Assembly: GCA_023213395.1 (NCBI GenBank) | Contig: CM041465.1 | Location: forward strand, 104,167,741 to 104,231,740 | Length of the DNA: 64,000 nucleotides | From: Cycas panzhihuaensis | Taxonomy: Eukaryota > Plantae > Cycadophyta | Reading direction: 5' to 3' | Shown here: positions 31,270-43,772 of the stretch, piece after piece | Numbering within the stretch: position 1 is the stretch's first letter | Layout: each line of letters begins with the position of its first letter | The notes under the pieces: model-generated | What the model saw: the letters and a program-made list of their open reading frames with translations, nothing else | The model's database searches: none | Told to the model about the DNA's origin: nothing | Translations under genes and position numbers: made by a program

Positions 31270-34200
31270 ATGGTCTTGGGAACTCAAGAGTTTCCCACAT
31301 CTGTTCCTGGATCCACCCATGAGGGTGATGATTCCATCTATTATTCGGGTGACCCATTTTGCCCTTCTGAGTTTCATCCTTCTATGCATACAGTAGAAGG
31401 CTCATCTCCTCACGAGACTCACCATCCTATTAGTGAATCTTATGAGGAGCGCCCTGAGGGATCCCCGACATTCGAGATCCCATTGACCTCATATGGCTAC
31501 GAGGATACCCCTCCCGCTGACGTGGTCAAAGCGCTTAGTGAGTACTTTCGAGCAACTCGCTGACAACCACATCCTAAGTGGTTTGAAGAAGTCCTACGTA
31601 ATGTAGCATCTTTTTCATCCATACCTGCGCCTCCTACGGCAAATGATTCTTCTACCCACGTACACTCGTCCCATGCTGTGTCTACACCGGCTCCTAGGGC
31701 AAGTGTTGCACCATCTATCCCTAGCCATGGTCCTACTTCTTCAGGACCCATTCGTGGCATGTCCTTTCCCCAACTTGGGGTTAGCATACCATTTCTGAGT
31801 CAAATGAATGTGCCACCTTTAAATGTGGCATATGTGTTTCCTAGTAGGCCTCGAGGCCCTACTAATGCTACTGCTATCAACTATGTAGGACCTGCTCCTA
31901 CATACATTCAAAACCCATCTAGTGGTCCTTCCCTTTACATTCCCCCAGGTTACATGTCTCAACCTTGGGGGCAGGGTAGGGGAAACCATCTCCTTGCTTA
32001 TGGGGTGGATCTGTTGCACCCATATGGGGTTGCGCCACCTATGGGTGGCCCATATGGGCAAAACTCGATCCCTCACCCTTCGTTTCTATCATCTAGCACA
32101 ACTCCTATTGTCACGCCTTCACCAGGGAGCATGCCTCCCTTCCAAGGTATTTTTCTGCAACCCCCTTTCCAACAAGGGGCATTTCCCTAAGGAGGGATGG
32201 GATTACCACCCCCATCCATTCTTGTTTCATTACCATTTGTCTATCCTTTAGCCCATGTAAGGATGCATCCCTTCATGGACTATCAGTCAATGCCATTATC
32301 CATTAAGGTACTAAGGACTAACCTGCTACCTCACCCTCCTAAAGTTCCCAAATTCGACGGAACTTCGTTGCAAGACCCAACCGAGCACATGCGTAGTTTC
32401 TCTATGGCGTGCATAGATTATTGGGCTTACGACCAGATTTTGATGAAGCTATTTCTGCGATCCTTGCAGGGTGACACCCTCAAGTGGTTCTACCGTCTCC
32501 CTGCCCATTCCATTTATTCATTCTAGCAATTGGTGGACGAGTTCGTCAATTACTTTGACGTAGCCCATCCATTCGAGAGCTGAATGAAAGCGCTCCTATC
32601 GCTTAAATAAGGTCATGATGAGATGAATCATGACTTTGTATGATGGTTTCATGACCTCCTTCACTCTACCAAGGCCACATTACCTAAAGAGTTGAAGTGG
32701 GATCTCTTCGTCAATGTACTTCACCCTGAAGTGCATGTGGAAGTCCTTAAGATGGGGGCAACCACATGCGACTCTGCGATTATGAGGTGCTTGGCATCGG
32801 AGGCCATTGAAATCCAAGCCAGACTTAAGAAACCTCCCAAGCCCTCACAACATCGTGAGGCACCTCCCCTAGCGAAGGAAACTAAACCTTTGCAACCTAC
32901 CAGGTCTACCCCTCATCTGAATGAGAGGACCTTAGACCCCCTTACCTCTGCTATTCGCTCATTCAAGCACATGATGAAGGAGCTTAAACTCAGTCCCCTT
33001 CATCGCTGACCTCCCATAAACTAGTTCAGTAAGCTTCTCGTGCCATTCCCCCCAAAGGAGGTAACACCCAACCTTCTCAAGCAAGGAGGATTGATCCTCC
33101 CCTTGAGAAGAGGTGGTGTTCTATCCATGGGGAATGTTTCCATGACAATTTGCATTGTCAGGTGAAACACCCACGTGATGCCCGGCCACGTGATTCGTCC
33201 CCTAGATGGGCATCGATGCTTAACCTTATGAACCCATTCATAAAGATCCATTCCCCAAACATGGAGAATGTGGTCATGATGTTCAATAAAGGAACAATCA
33301 GAATTGGGATAGATCCCCCGATTCTCACCCTTCGCATGGTAGAGGGAAGGGTGTACGAAGGCCATCTTCCTCTTCACGCTCCCTTGACTGTTGTGCTCTA
33401 TCACCTTCGCAGTCCCGTAACAAGGGAAAGAAGGTGATCCAGATGCTTGAGACCACTCCCCTTTATGCTTTAACCTAGTCTCAAGTTACAAAGGAGGCAA
33501 CCGGTGCCTCCGCATCTACCTCACAACTTGATCCTCCTCTGGAAGTCGTTCCTCCAGAGATTCCTGCACTTCCCAAGAGCATTCCCGTCCATCTCGATTG
33601 ATTCAACTTTAGGAGAGCCCTTACCCAACCCACAGGGAGGGGTAAGCCTTTCTCTGTAGTCAAAGAGCTTCTCACAGTGGCTGCCGGGATATCCATCATG
33701 GACGTCTTGAGAAGTTGCCCCGAGCAACGGATGCTCCTCTTGGAAGCTCTAGGATCGAATGATGTATCTGTTCATACCTTGGGCACAACCCAAAGTTGTG
33801 AACCCATCATCTCTTTCGATCCCATAGATCTTCCCTTGTCCAGTGGAAGGGAATGCCAATGGAACTTCCCTTTCATGATTACCATAGATACTCCTGATTG
33901 CACATTATGAAGAACCGTCGTGGATAATGGTTCTTCTATTAATGCCATGCCCTTGCATGTCATGCAAGAGCTTGGCATTTCTGCCTTGGAACCTATTCCA
34001 TGCTGGTATCAGGGTTATGATGGTAGCGAGAAGACTCCCCTAGGATCCATCTCGATACCTCTTACTCTCAAGGATAAGACTGTCATTACTAACATCATTG
34101 TCCTCAATGTTGACGTTGATTACAACCTGCTTCTGGGTTGACCATGGCTTGACCAAATGGGAGCTGTGTATTCCACCCATTGGGGGCAACTTAAATTTGT

Positions 34201-37200
34201 CCATAATGGACAAATGAAAGTTGTCTCCCACAAGCGATCGCTCGTTAAACAAACTAGGCCTTCTGCTCAGGCAAGCCATAGCCATACGAAGGGAAACAAA
34301 TGCCCTTCCAATCATGCCTCGGCCTGCTCCATCAGAATCCCTGATTCCACTTATCATGAAGAAGATCCCATATCTTCTTCCCCTGATTTAACGCATTTGC
34401 CTCCATCAGCATCGGAAGCTATGGGTACCTCACCATGTTTGACGACGATGGTTCCCATAGTGAAGATGAGGACATTCCTCATCCTATTTCCTTCCTCCGC
34501 GCTAGTGGGGGGCACTCTTCTCGTTCTAGATCTCCTCCTAGGATCCCTTTTGTTATAGAGCCTGGCCACTTTCACATGTCACATGTCACTACACATGTCG
34601 ATCATCAAGTTCTTAGCTCTTCCATTCCACCACCCTCCATGGGTGATGGCATTGAGAGTTCCCCTCTTGCTTTTTACGAGGGATCTCTCCTTGACTCTCC
34701 CTTAGAGTCCCTTAGGGATGTTAGGCAGCTTATGAGGCATACCGGTCTTATTGCTCCCATACCATCCTGCACCTCGTCCAGTCGAAGTCAGGTCATCCAT
34801 GGGGTGGACTACTTTAAGGACGACGAGGCTTTGCTAAAGCAGTTAGTCGGCTCCATGCCTAGTTTACCTTCTGGCCACTAAAAGGTCCTAGCGATTGAGT
34901 CCACACTAGCCAACCCGATCCCTTCTTCCGTTTCCTCTCTTCCTGTCAATCTTGCCCCCCTCCATTTCGAGGAGGGGAATGTTATGTGCATGGGGGTAAC
35001 TCAGGACATAGTCCTTGCCCCAGACAAGATCATTAAGATAGGGGCAGAATGTACTCCTGATGAAGCGATGGAATACTTCCTCCTATTTTAGGAATTCTGT
35101 GATGTGTTCACGTGGGACTATTCCGACATGAAGGGAATCAACCCCTCCATCGTCACGCACAACCTTACGACTGTTCCTGATACTCATCCTATATGTCAAA
35201 AGTAGTATCCTCTCCACCTGAAGCTCTCAGCCACCATTAAAATGGAGGTTGAGAAGCTTTTGGATGTAGGACTCATTTCTTCCATTGATTACCCTAAGTG
35301 GGTATCGAATATCATTCCCGTTGCCAAGAAGAACGAGACCATTCACATTTGTGTTGACTTCCATGATATAAACAATGCTTGTCTTAAGGACAACTTTCTG
35401 CTTCTCTTCATTGATCAAATAATTGATCGTACAGCTGTGTTCAAAGTCATGTCCTTAATGGATGGCTTCTCCAGCTATAACCAAATCCAGATTTCTCCTA
35501 AAGACTGCCACAAGATGGCCTTCACTACGTCATGGTGCAACTTTGCCTACAAGGCAATGCCCTTCAGTCTCAAGAATGCAGGGGCTGCCTATCAAAGGTC
35601 CATGCATTTCATCTTTCATGACCTCATCAACAATACATTGGAAGTCTTCATGGATGATATGATGAGCATTTCGTATATCAGAGCCCATCATCCCTCTGAC
35701 TTGCGGGTCATCTTCACACTATGCTACAAGTATCACGTCAGCCTGAACCTGCTCAAATGCATGTTTACTGTTACTTTAGGCAAACTCTTAGGTTTCCTTG
35801 TATCCCAACAAGGAATCCAAATCGATCTAGAAAAAGTCAAGGCAATCATTGACATGCCACCACTTAGAACCCAACGACAAATTAAGTCATTTCTATGAAG
35901 GCTTGGTTTTATAAGGCGTTTCTTGGTAAATTTCACCATAAACGCCAAGCCTCTTATGAACCTATTAAAGAAAGGAGCCCCTTTTGTTTGGTTAGATAAG
36001 ACCCAAAAGGCCTTTGTAGGACAAAAGGAAGCTCTCGTTTCTACCCCTACATTGGTGCCTCCTCGCTTTGATAGGCCCTTCATCCTGTACACCTCGGCAA
36101 CCGACGAATCCCTGGGTACAATTCTCACACAGGAGGATGATTCAGGAACTTAGAGGGCTATTTATTTCATTAGCCGCACTCTCATTGCCACTGAATTAAA
36201 CTATCCACCCACCAAGAAGGAATGCCTCTCCTTGGTCCATATAACTAAGAAGTTTAGGTATTACTTTCTTGGCAATACAACCAAGGTGATCATTCAATCT
36301 GATCCCTTGCGTTACTTACTTACTCGTTCAAACTTGACAGGTAGGGCAGGTCATTGGGCCGTCCTGCTTCAAGAGTTTGACTTGCAAGTCATCAATAGGA
36401 AGTCGAAGAAGGGAATGATAGTAGCAAAATAATTAGCTAACACTTCCATCCCCAATGCGAGCAACATTCCTGTTGACGACTCTTTCCCGAACGAGTCTAT
36501 TTTGACCATCCAGGATGCTTCTCCTTACTCGTTCGTTGATAGTGAGTGGTATGGTGACATTGTACGATATTTGACTCAACAAGAATATCACCCTGAAGCC
36601 ACTAACAAGGTTAGGTCATGCATCTGCGCCACCGCTAGGCAACACCTCCTCATGGACGAAGTGTTATACAAGAGATCCTTCGATAGGATCCTGCTTCGCT
36701 ACGTCGCTCCTGACGAAGCAGACCAACTACTCCACGAATGCCACCATGGCATTTATGGGGGTCACTTTGGGGGCAAATCCATGGCCCAAAGGATCCTCCG
36801 CATGGGTTATTACTGGCTGTCCTTATTCAAGGACACCCATGCCTATGCCCTTAGATGTCAGCGATGCCAAAAGCATGCCAATATGTCTCATGTACCTTCC
36901 GAGGCTTTACACCCTATCGTGTCTCTGTGGTCTTTTTCTCAATTGGGCTTAGACCTCATTGGTGCTATATCGCTAGCATCTTCTGCACAACATAAATATA
37001 TCTTAACCGCTACCGAATACTTCACCAAATGGGCAGAGACAATCCCCCTATCCACTACACCTGGCAAGATGATAGCCACCTTTGTCTACCAGCATATTGT
37101 TTACCATTTTGGGATTCCAGATGTCCTAATCACGGATAATAGAACTTCCTTTTGTAATAAGGAGATAGACGAGCTGTGCAAGAAATTCAAAATCTTGCAT

Positions 37201-37792
37201 AAGACGTCATCCCCTTATTACCCCCAGGCAAACGGGCAAGTTGAATCCTTCAATAAAATGCTCGTCAACATCCTAAAGAAGACCGTTGCCAAATCTTAAA
37301 GAGATTAGCACATCCAACTCCCTTCTGCCCTATGGGCTTATCACACTTCCATCCGCACGGCTTCTGGAATGACTCCATTCTCGTTAGTCTATGGAATCGA
37401 GGTGGTACTCCCACTGGAAGTGGAGATCCCCCCTCTATGGGTTTCCCTTCGAGGCCTCATTGACGAGGAGTCTATTTCTCAGGCTCGCCTCCTAGACCTC
37501 AAAGCCCCAGATGAGAGGTGCTTAATGGCTTACTAAGAGAATCTCGCTTCGAAAACCCACCTACAAAGAACTCACAACAAATATCTTCGTGCCCATCCTT
37601 TGTGCCCTGGGGACCATGTCCTCAAAGTTGGAATACCTTTACGACTGTCTGGCTAAATTTGGGCCCAAATAGATAGGCCCCTTCATCGTTCTCAAGAGCC
37701 TTGACAACATCGCATACAGGATCGCTACCCTGGAAGGCTTGGAGTTTGAGAAAGCGGTCAACAGGAAGTTCCTCAAGAAGTTCTACACATGA
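31270..37792 (+). pseudogene. E gag-pol pseudogene: Pro-rich N-terminal extension, gag, protease, RT, degenerate RH, integrase
   Basis: ORF pieces, mostly in one frame: KVPKFDGTSLQDPTEHM..LKWFYRLP (gag), VVDNGSSINAMP..DYNLLLG (protease), RT 35242-35898 (EVFMDDMM), RH FILYTSATD.., INT 36502-37299 (HECHHGIYGGH..CQRCQ, TEYFTKWAE, SSPYYPQANGQVE). No aRH between RH and INT. Confidence 0.95.
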
Positions 37793-37813
37793 TCTTTTGG
37801 CTATCTCTTTGCC

Positions 37814-38168
37814 ATGCTCCGAAATGAGCCTAATCTACTACCTTGAATTATTTCCATTTCTCCCAACCACAAGTTGAATGGCAATTCAAGGTGTCTTTCG
37901 CATCTCTTCCTGGTTCCTCCCGCAGAACCTGTGTTCCCATTTCCTTTGGGACCTTGTCCTCTTATTTGGGCATCCCCCAATTAGGATGATGCTCTGAAAT
38001 GAGCCTAAATTACCATCTTAAATCGTTCTAATTTCTCCCAACCACGGGTAGAATGGCAATTTAAGGTGGATCCTTGCTTTTTCTTCCAGTTCCTCCCGCG
38101 GAACTCGTGTTCCTGTACCCTCTAAGGAACCCTTGTCCTCCTATTTGGGCATCCCTCGGCTAGGACGA
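37814..38168 (+). repeat. Two ~175-bp direct tandem repeats downstream of the E integrase
   Basis: atgctc(c/t)gaaatgagcctaa...cctattt/cttatttgggcatcc... units starting at 37814 and 37989. Confidence 0.88.
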
Positions 38169-38250
38169 CGCCTTGGAGTATCGTCACTCCCCTCTCCTGC
38201 CTGTTGTTTCCTTTACATATTCCACTATGCTCCTCCATGGACGTGCATGT

Positions 38251-40779
38251 TGTTTCCCAGCTACTGGGAATGGACTCGAGACGCATCGACGTAGGTTTGT
38301 TTAGGTATATTCTCTTACTTTTCTTGCCTTGGTTTGATTAAGGTTATTTAGAGTAGATTGCTTGACATATGCACACTGCGGCGCATTGCTTATGCTTGCT
38401 CATAATGCATGTGCCCTAACGGCACGCCTTGACTATGATGACTCACGGTGAGGCATTCCTCGATGAATGCTACACCCGTATGGCGCCTGACCACCGCGGT
38501 GTCTCCATGGTTTCCTGGGATGTTTCCGTCAGTTTTATTTGTTCTTGTTGCGACATGTTGCTTATGTTGCGGTCCGTCTTAAGTCCAGTTTAACCCTTAG
38601 TCAGGACTCTTTGCATTGTTTTGGGTACTTGCCCTTTGCTGGGCGATCCTCAGTAGCTCTAATTCATGTTTAGCCTTTGTTTTGCCTCAAAACTGATTTT
38701 TACGCTCTTTTTCTCTTTTTTTAGTTTCGGTGTCTGGTGGTAAACTAAAGCGATCTGCAGAGTTTGCGTGATCTGCATGAGTTCTGCATGATACTGTTGT
38801 TTGAAATTTAAAAAAAGAGAACCACGCAACAGTTTCCGCTTTTTTCGCGAAACTACCACGTGGCTTCGTTCGATTGGAGATGCCTTGACATCCCCAATGT
38901 TCACCTGCTGTGAACAGGGGATAAAAGGAATTTTCCTCCCCATTTCAGGACTTTTGGCTCATTTTTCAAACTCCCAAGAAGAATTTCAAGAAACTTTACA
39001 CAAGAAAACACACAGAAAATAAACAACTTCATACACAGCAACTGGAGGAGGTCAAGTGGGCTACCATCAGTTGGATTTTTGCAGGGCCATTGCTGCCCCT
39101 ACTGCTTTCCATAGCTAGCCCCACTCTTCCTGCAGGTGCTCAAAGATTCAAGGGTCTTCTTCACCCAAGAAGCTGTCTCAAGGATCAACTCCAAAGTTCC
39201 AAGCTTGTAAGGAGCTTCTTTCAGCCATACCCTTGCAGGGATTACTCATAACCAGCCTCTGTTTGTTCCCCATTATTGCTGCTCCAAGTGGTATAATACA
39301 TGCTTAGTCTCCTATACAAGGTATTTCTTAGTTTTTTTTGCTTGCAACTTCTCGGTTCTTGCTTGTAACTTCTTGCTTTTACCTGCAACTCCTTGTTTTT
39401 TTTGTTTGCAAACTAGTTCATTTCTTTTTTTTGTTTTCTTTAGTATTTCTTTTGTTCCTAAATGAAAGAGATCATAGCTAGCCATAGCTATCCCATAGTG
39501 CTACCCTAAATTAGAGCTACTTTCCCAGTGTTTCCTTGGAGCCCCCCATTTTCTCCAAGCCCTCTTTTACTCTTTCCTTAGTCAGCCAGTGCAAGGGGAT
39601 ATACACAAGGATTTGAGGGAGGTAGGCGGGGTTCCGTCCCCCATTGCCGTCCTTCTCCCCAAGGGTTCCGTCCCTTGTCCTCTTCCCCTTTCCATACATG
39701 CTTTCTCAAGGAACGAGTTGAAGAAGTCTAGGGGATTTTGTCAGGGCATCCTGACCGGCCTAAGATAACTCGCCTCCACCTTGTTACCACATGGTGTTTC
39801 GTTCCCGAACTCCTTGGAGACTTCCCATGGGTGAGTTAGCCATCCCGAGGATATACTCAGTTCCATTTAGTGTGTTTGTGGTATACGACAGTGTGAGAGT
39901 TTCTTGTTCATTTTTATTTCGTTTTGCTACACTCTAATGCATAGTTTAGTACTTAGTTTCAGTTGATCTCTATTTTATATATATATACATATATCTCTTG
40001 GCATATTTTGTAGCCTCTCTTCTGAGAGGAAGGTGCTTTTCATACTTGTTTGCAGGATCACGTTGGTGGAAGTGGTGCGTGAGATGAACCCGTCGCCGGT
40101 TAGCTCCCACACGGTATTTCTCTTCTTTAGTTTCAAGTTCTTTTTTTCATCCTTTCATTTCATTTAGTTTCGCATGCTCAAAGGGAGGTAAGTGAACCCC
40201 TTTACCACCGTCGACCGGCATTGCGTGCGCGGAGAAAGGAGAAAGAAGGAGCGAGACTTAGAGAGACAAGCCACACCTCTACCTGAACGCCGGATCCAGG
40301 TATTCCTCTCGTTTCCCTCATACTTCCTTTTACGCTATTTCTTTTCTTTTGCATTTGTATGAATAGATGAGAAAAGATAAAAGAACATAAAAGGATAAAA
40401 AGGGAAAATGATTTATTTTCTTGCACTATTTTCCTGCTTTACATAGCATAGCGTAGGTAGCCCACTTGTCTTGTACCCGAGCTACCCTTTTACCACATCT
40501 GCTTGCATATTGGATTAGTTGCCCCTTGCCTTCATTGCCTTCTTATTGCCTCGAGAAGAAGGAACACGCGAGGCGTTTCCTTTCCTTCCTGGCCATCCGA
40601 AGGGTAGGAAGGCCTCATTTTGCAGCTGCACGGAAGCAACCGGGCACCTTGCGATCCCAAACTGCGCTCGGTGCCGAGCGTCCTGCGGTGAGATCCTCCT
40701 TTGTCGACTTAGTTAGCATAGCGCCTTTTTTGTATCCCTTTGCTAGACGTAGAATCACCGCCCCGTAGCGAGCGTTTCA
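38251..40779 (+). mobile_element. Solo LTR F of a sister Tat subfamily, inserted in E
   Basis: tgtttcccagctactgggaatggactcgag...gtttca. Colinear with the E LTRs but more diverged than they are from each other. Flanked by catgt (38246-38250) / cttgt (40780-40784). No adjacent PPT or PBS. Confidence 0.88.
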
Positions 40780-40996
40780 CTTGTCACTCTATTTCTAACC
40801 TCACACCTCTCTATCACCTCTACTTACGGTGGATGTGTGTGCTCTTGTTAGACATATAGCCATACATAGAAGGAAATACATGCATTTACAACAAAATACT
40901 TACATCAAAACATTTACAACATACAAAGATAAAGCATACATGCTATCTGCCACATGATATACATGCCATTTCGTATCAAAATGGGGTTCCAATTAC

Positions 40997-40999
<3 letters not shown>

Positions 41000-41042
<43 letters not shown>
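41000..41042. repeat. (TA)n microsatellite just downstream of the E antisense gene
   Basis: Directly visible. Confidence 0.95.
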
Positions 41043-41046
<4 letters not shown>

Positions 41047-41179
41047 CAAAAAAATCATGTTACATCATACATGTGGGAAGTCGATATCCTTGCAGGGGGT
41101 TACAATCATATGAGCCTATATATGACCCCTTGGAGGCTTGTGCTTTCCTGTCAAAATCAAATATGCATCTCCTGTGCTA

Positions 41180-43086
41180 CTATTGCCCCGCTCTTGGGGT
41201 GCCATCTCCCGGTCTATATGATCCCTCTCCTGGGGACCACATCCCTTCGAGGCTCCTCCTAGGCCTCCGCGAGCTACCTACCTCGCTCCCCTTGTCTCGT
41301 GGTCGTGTCAGGGTCATAGCTACCATGTGGGTATATGTCCTGCTCCTGCTAGACCTCAACACCATCTGGGCCACCAGTTGATCATATCAGGCCTAGATAA
41401 GATCCCTCTCCACTCGGAATCCTTCCTTTATCACCCTGAGGCGCTCCTCGAGTAACGCTATCTGGACCCTGCTCTCTACATCTCCTCCTACTCTACCCTG
41501 AGTCTCCAAGGCCTGGACTCGTCTGCATAGCTCATCTCGCTCGCCCCTAGCCTCGTTGAGCTCTCACTATAGTTGTCCGCTGAATGCCATGTGCTCCTGG
41601 GACTTTGCAGCCCAGATGTCTCTCGCTCTCACCAGTGGAGCGAATGCATCCATATGGGCACTTGCTGACCTGGGCACATCCTCTGCCTGGATAGGTAGTT
41701 GCCCCTCTACGTAGACTTGAGGGAACATCTCCCTCACCATGGCCTCGACGAGCCTCCTAACCTCCGCAGTACCTGCTAATGCAACATGCTATGTGTCAGT
41801 GAATATCCCACTGCATACCATGATAAAAATAAAATCAAGTATATACCTAGATGTCAAACGACTAAGGAAATAGTTAGGTCTCACCTGTCATGGCTGTTGT
41901 CTCCTCTACTCAGGTGACATCCTCTCCTCTTGGCTCTTAGCTAATCGTAGGTACCTCATCCTTAGGTACCTCCTCTACCTCGGCCTCTCCCCTCGCAGGG
42001 ACTGGCTCGACTCTCGCCTCTCCAGATCTCTGCATGATCCAGCTGCGGGGCCCTAATCACGGCCCCCACTCTTGCTGGCACTCCTGATGGGCCTGCCTCT
42101 CCTCTAGCATCCCTGGATGGACCCTTTGGTCCTCCTGCTGTCCCTGAAGGACCTACCTCTCCCGCAGGTCGTGACAGGTAGGCCCCGTCTCCCCCATCAT
42201 CATCATCATCATTGTCATCATCTATGGATGCTCCTACTTTGCCTGCCTCATCATCGCTCTCCCACCTCACCGTCCTATATAGATCGGCTACATAGTCTAT
42301 CAGGATAAGGAGGTCTAGCGATGTCGCCTCTACCGACTACCGGACGTGGGCCTAGTCCTCTGTCCTTCTGAGTCATGTGTGCCACCTGTGGACTATCAGG
42401 GCCCACTCTATTATGGGGTATGGTCCCCCCACTGGTGCCACTGCCACAAAATGGTCAAAAAACTAGCATTGCAATAATGTGTTGTATGATAGACCCCCTT
42501 TGCCTATTGTCTAGATGGTATCCAGCTACGCAACGAGGTTTGTCATGACCAGGGTGGCCCAATCCATCCTCTCGCTTGCCTCATAGTGGTGCACTACATC
42601 TATCCAACCTCCAGATATCTCCCTATAGTTCTGTTTCTGGGAAATCTGGAATAGAACGCATAGTATGATTAACTTCCTCATCCGAGGAATCCGTAACATG
42701 AGTATAGTCTGGAGTGGAACTCCCCTCTGCTCCCATCTCTTAGCCCCTGTGAAGAACAGGGCTACCTCTCTGTGAGGTGCCTCAGTGCTAAGCAACACTC
42801 CCAGCCTTACCAGCCTCCCAGTTACTGGTACCCCCAGAATCCTCTGGATGTCTCCTGGTGTGACCATCATATCACCTACCTAAGGTAGGTGGAATACATG
42901 CCTCCTCCTATCCTAATATGACACAATGTCAACTAGTAGTCTCTGATCTAATGTGAACTGAGGTGTCTTCATGGCCTTGTATAGGCCACACCTTCGCAAG
43001 GTCGCCTTGTCCTCCTAGGACATCATCTCTATGTAGCTAAGCATCGCCATGTCGACGTTTTCGTGGTTATCCACTGTGATAACTGC
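41180..43086 (-). pseudogene. Antisense PMD gene of E (PMD, acidic/Gly-rich linker, probable coiled-coil), spliced
   Basis: LDQRLLVDIVSY*DRRRHVFHLP*VGDMMVTPGDIQRILGVPVTG...MDWATLVMTNL. Linker ORF 41962-42270. Intron 41773-41884 (cag|GTGAG...TAGCAG|). C-terminal exon homologous to D (SASAHMDAFAPLV vs SAHAHIIVFAPLL). Confidence 0.85.
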
Positions 43087-43732
43087 CTACAATCACCAAG
43101 AATCAGTCAAGGTCAACCTCCTAGTAGTCATCCATACTCCTGGCTATCTCTCTGCTTTTCCTACCTAAAATTTGAGGGTCGTTTGGCCTCTCTTTTATTT
43201 TTTCTAGTTTTTTGCCTACGTATCACTCTAAACTTAGCAGTACTGCTAAGTTTAGGGTGGGTCCCATGGCGATCCTGATCCTGTAGCGATCTCACATCCA
43301 AGATCACGGCACCGTGATCTTGGCCACAGTATGAATGGCAACCCCCCTAAAAAGGGGGGTTTCTGCCCAGAAAATCATAAAATTTCTTATGGTGGACCCC
43401 CTGTGGGGCCCATCGAGACTAGGGCTCCCTAATGCCCAGGTCCCAGCCTCTTTCTGGGTCCAATTCAAACTCTGAGAGGCATCCAACTACCCATAAGGGG
43501 CATAAAAAATGCATTAAAATTTACAAAAAGCAACAATTTTTAAACTTTAAAATGGGGAAGGTTTTGCGAGATCCACTCACTGGATCTAGCCTAGCCGTTA
43601 CCATCTCATCTCTCTGGTCTTGCTGGCTCTCGCTGTGCTCCGATCTGATAGTCAGATCATCTCTCGTGTGCCTTCGAAGTTGGGCAGTGCTCTACATCGT
43701 AAGGAAATGGCTCTGGTTTCGCACGAGAACCG

Positions 43733-43772
43733 ATGAAAATGAATCTGGTTTTCATTCGATTTCCTTATATAG
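43733..43772 (-). promoter_or_regulatory. Candidate TATA box and initiator for the antisense PMD gene of E
   Basis: Minus strand cctatataagg...attcattttcatc, homologous to D 18922-18963. Confidence 0.55.

Noticed and set aside
31270-32190. Separate Ogre-type ORF1 upstream of gag
   Set aside because: The pieces are in the same frame as gag and separated only by single stops of deamination type, so a Pro-rich Gag N-terminal extension fits better.
42526-42870. Host MAIN/MAIL1-like gene
   Set aside because: Lies inside an LTR-bounded element and has a positional homologue in D, so it is element cargo and is disrupted by stops.
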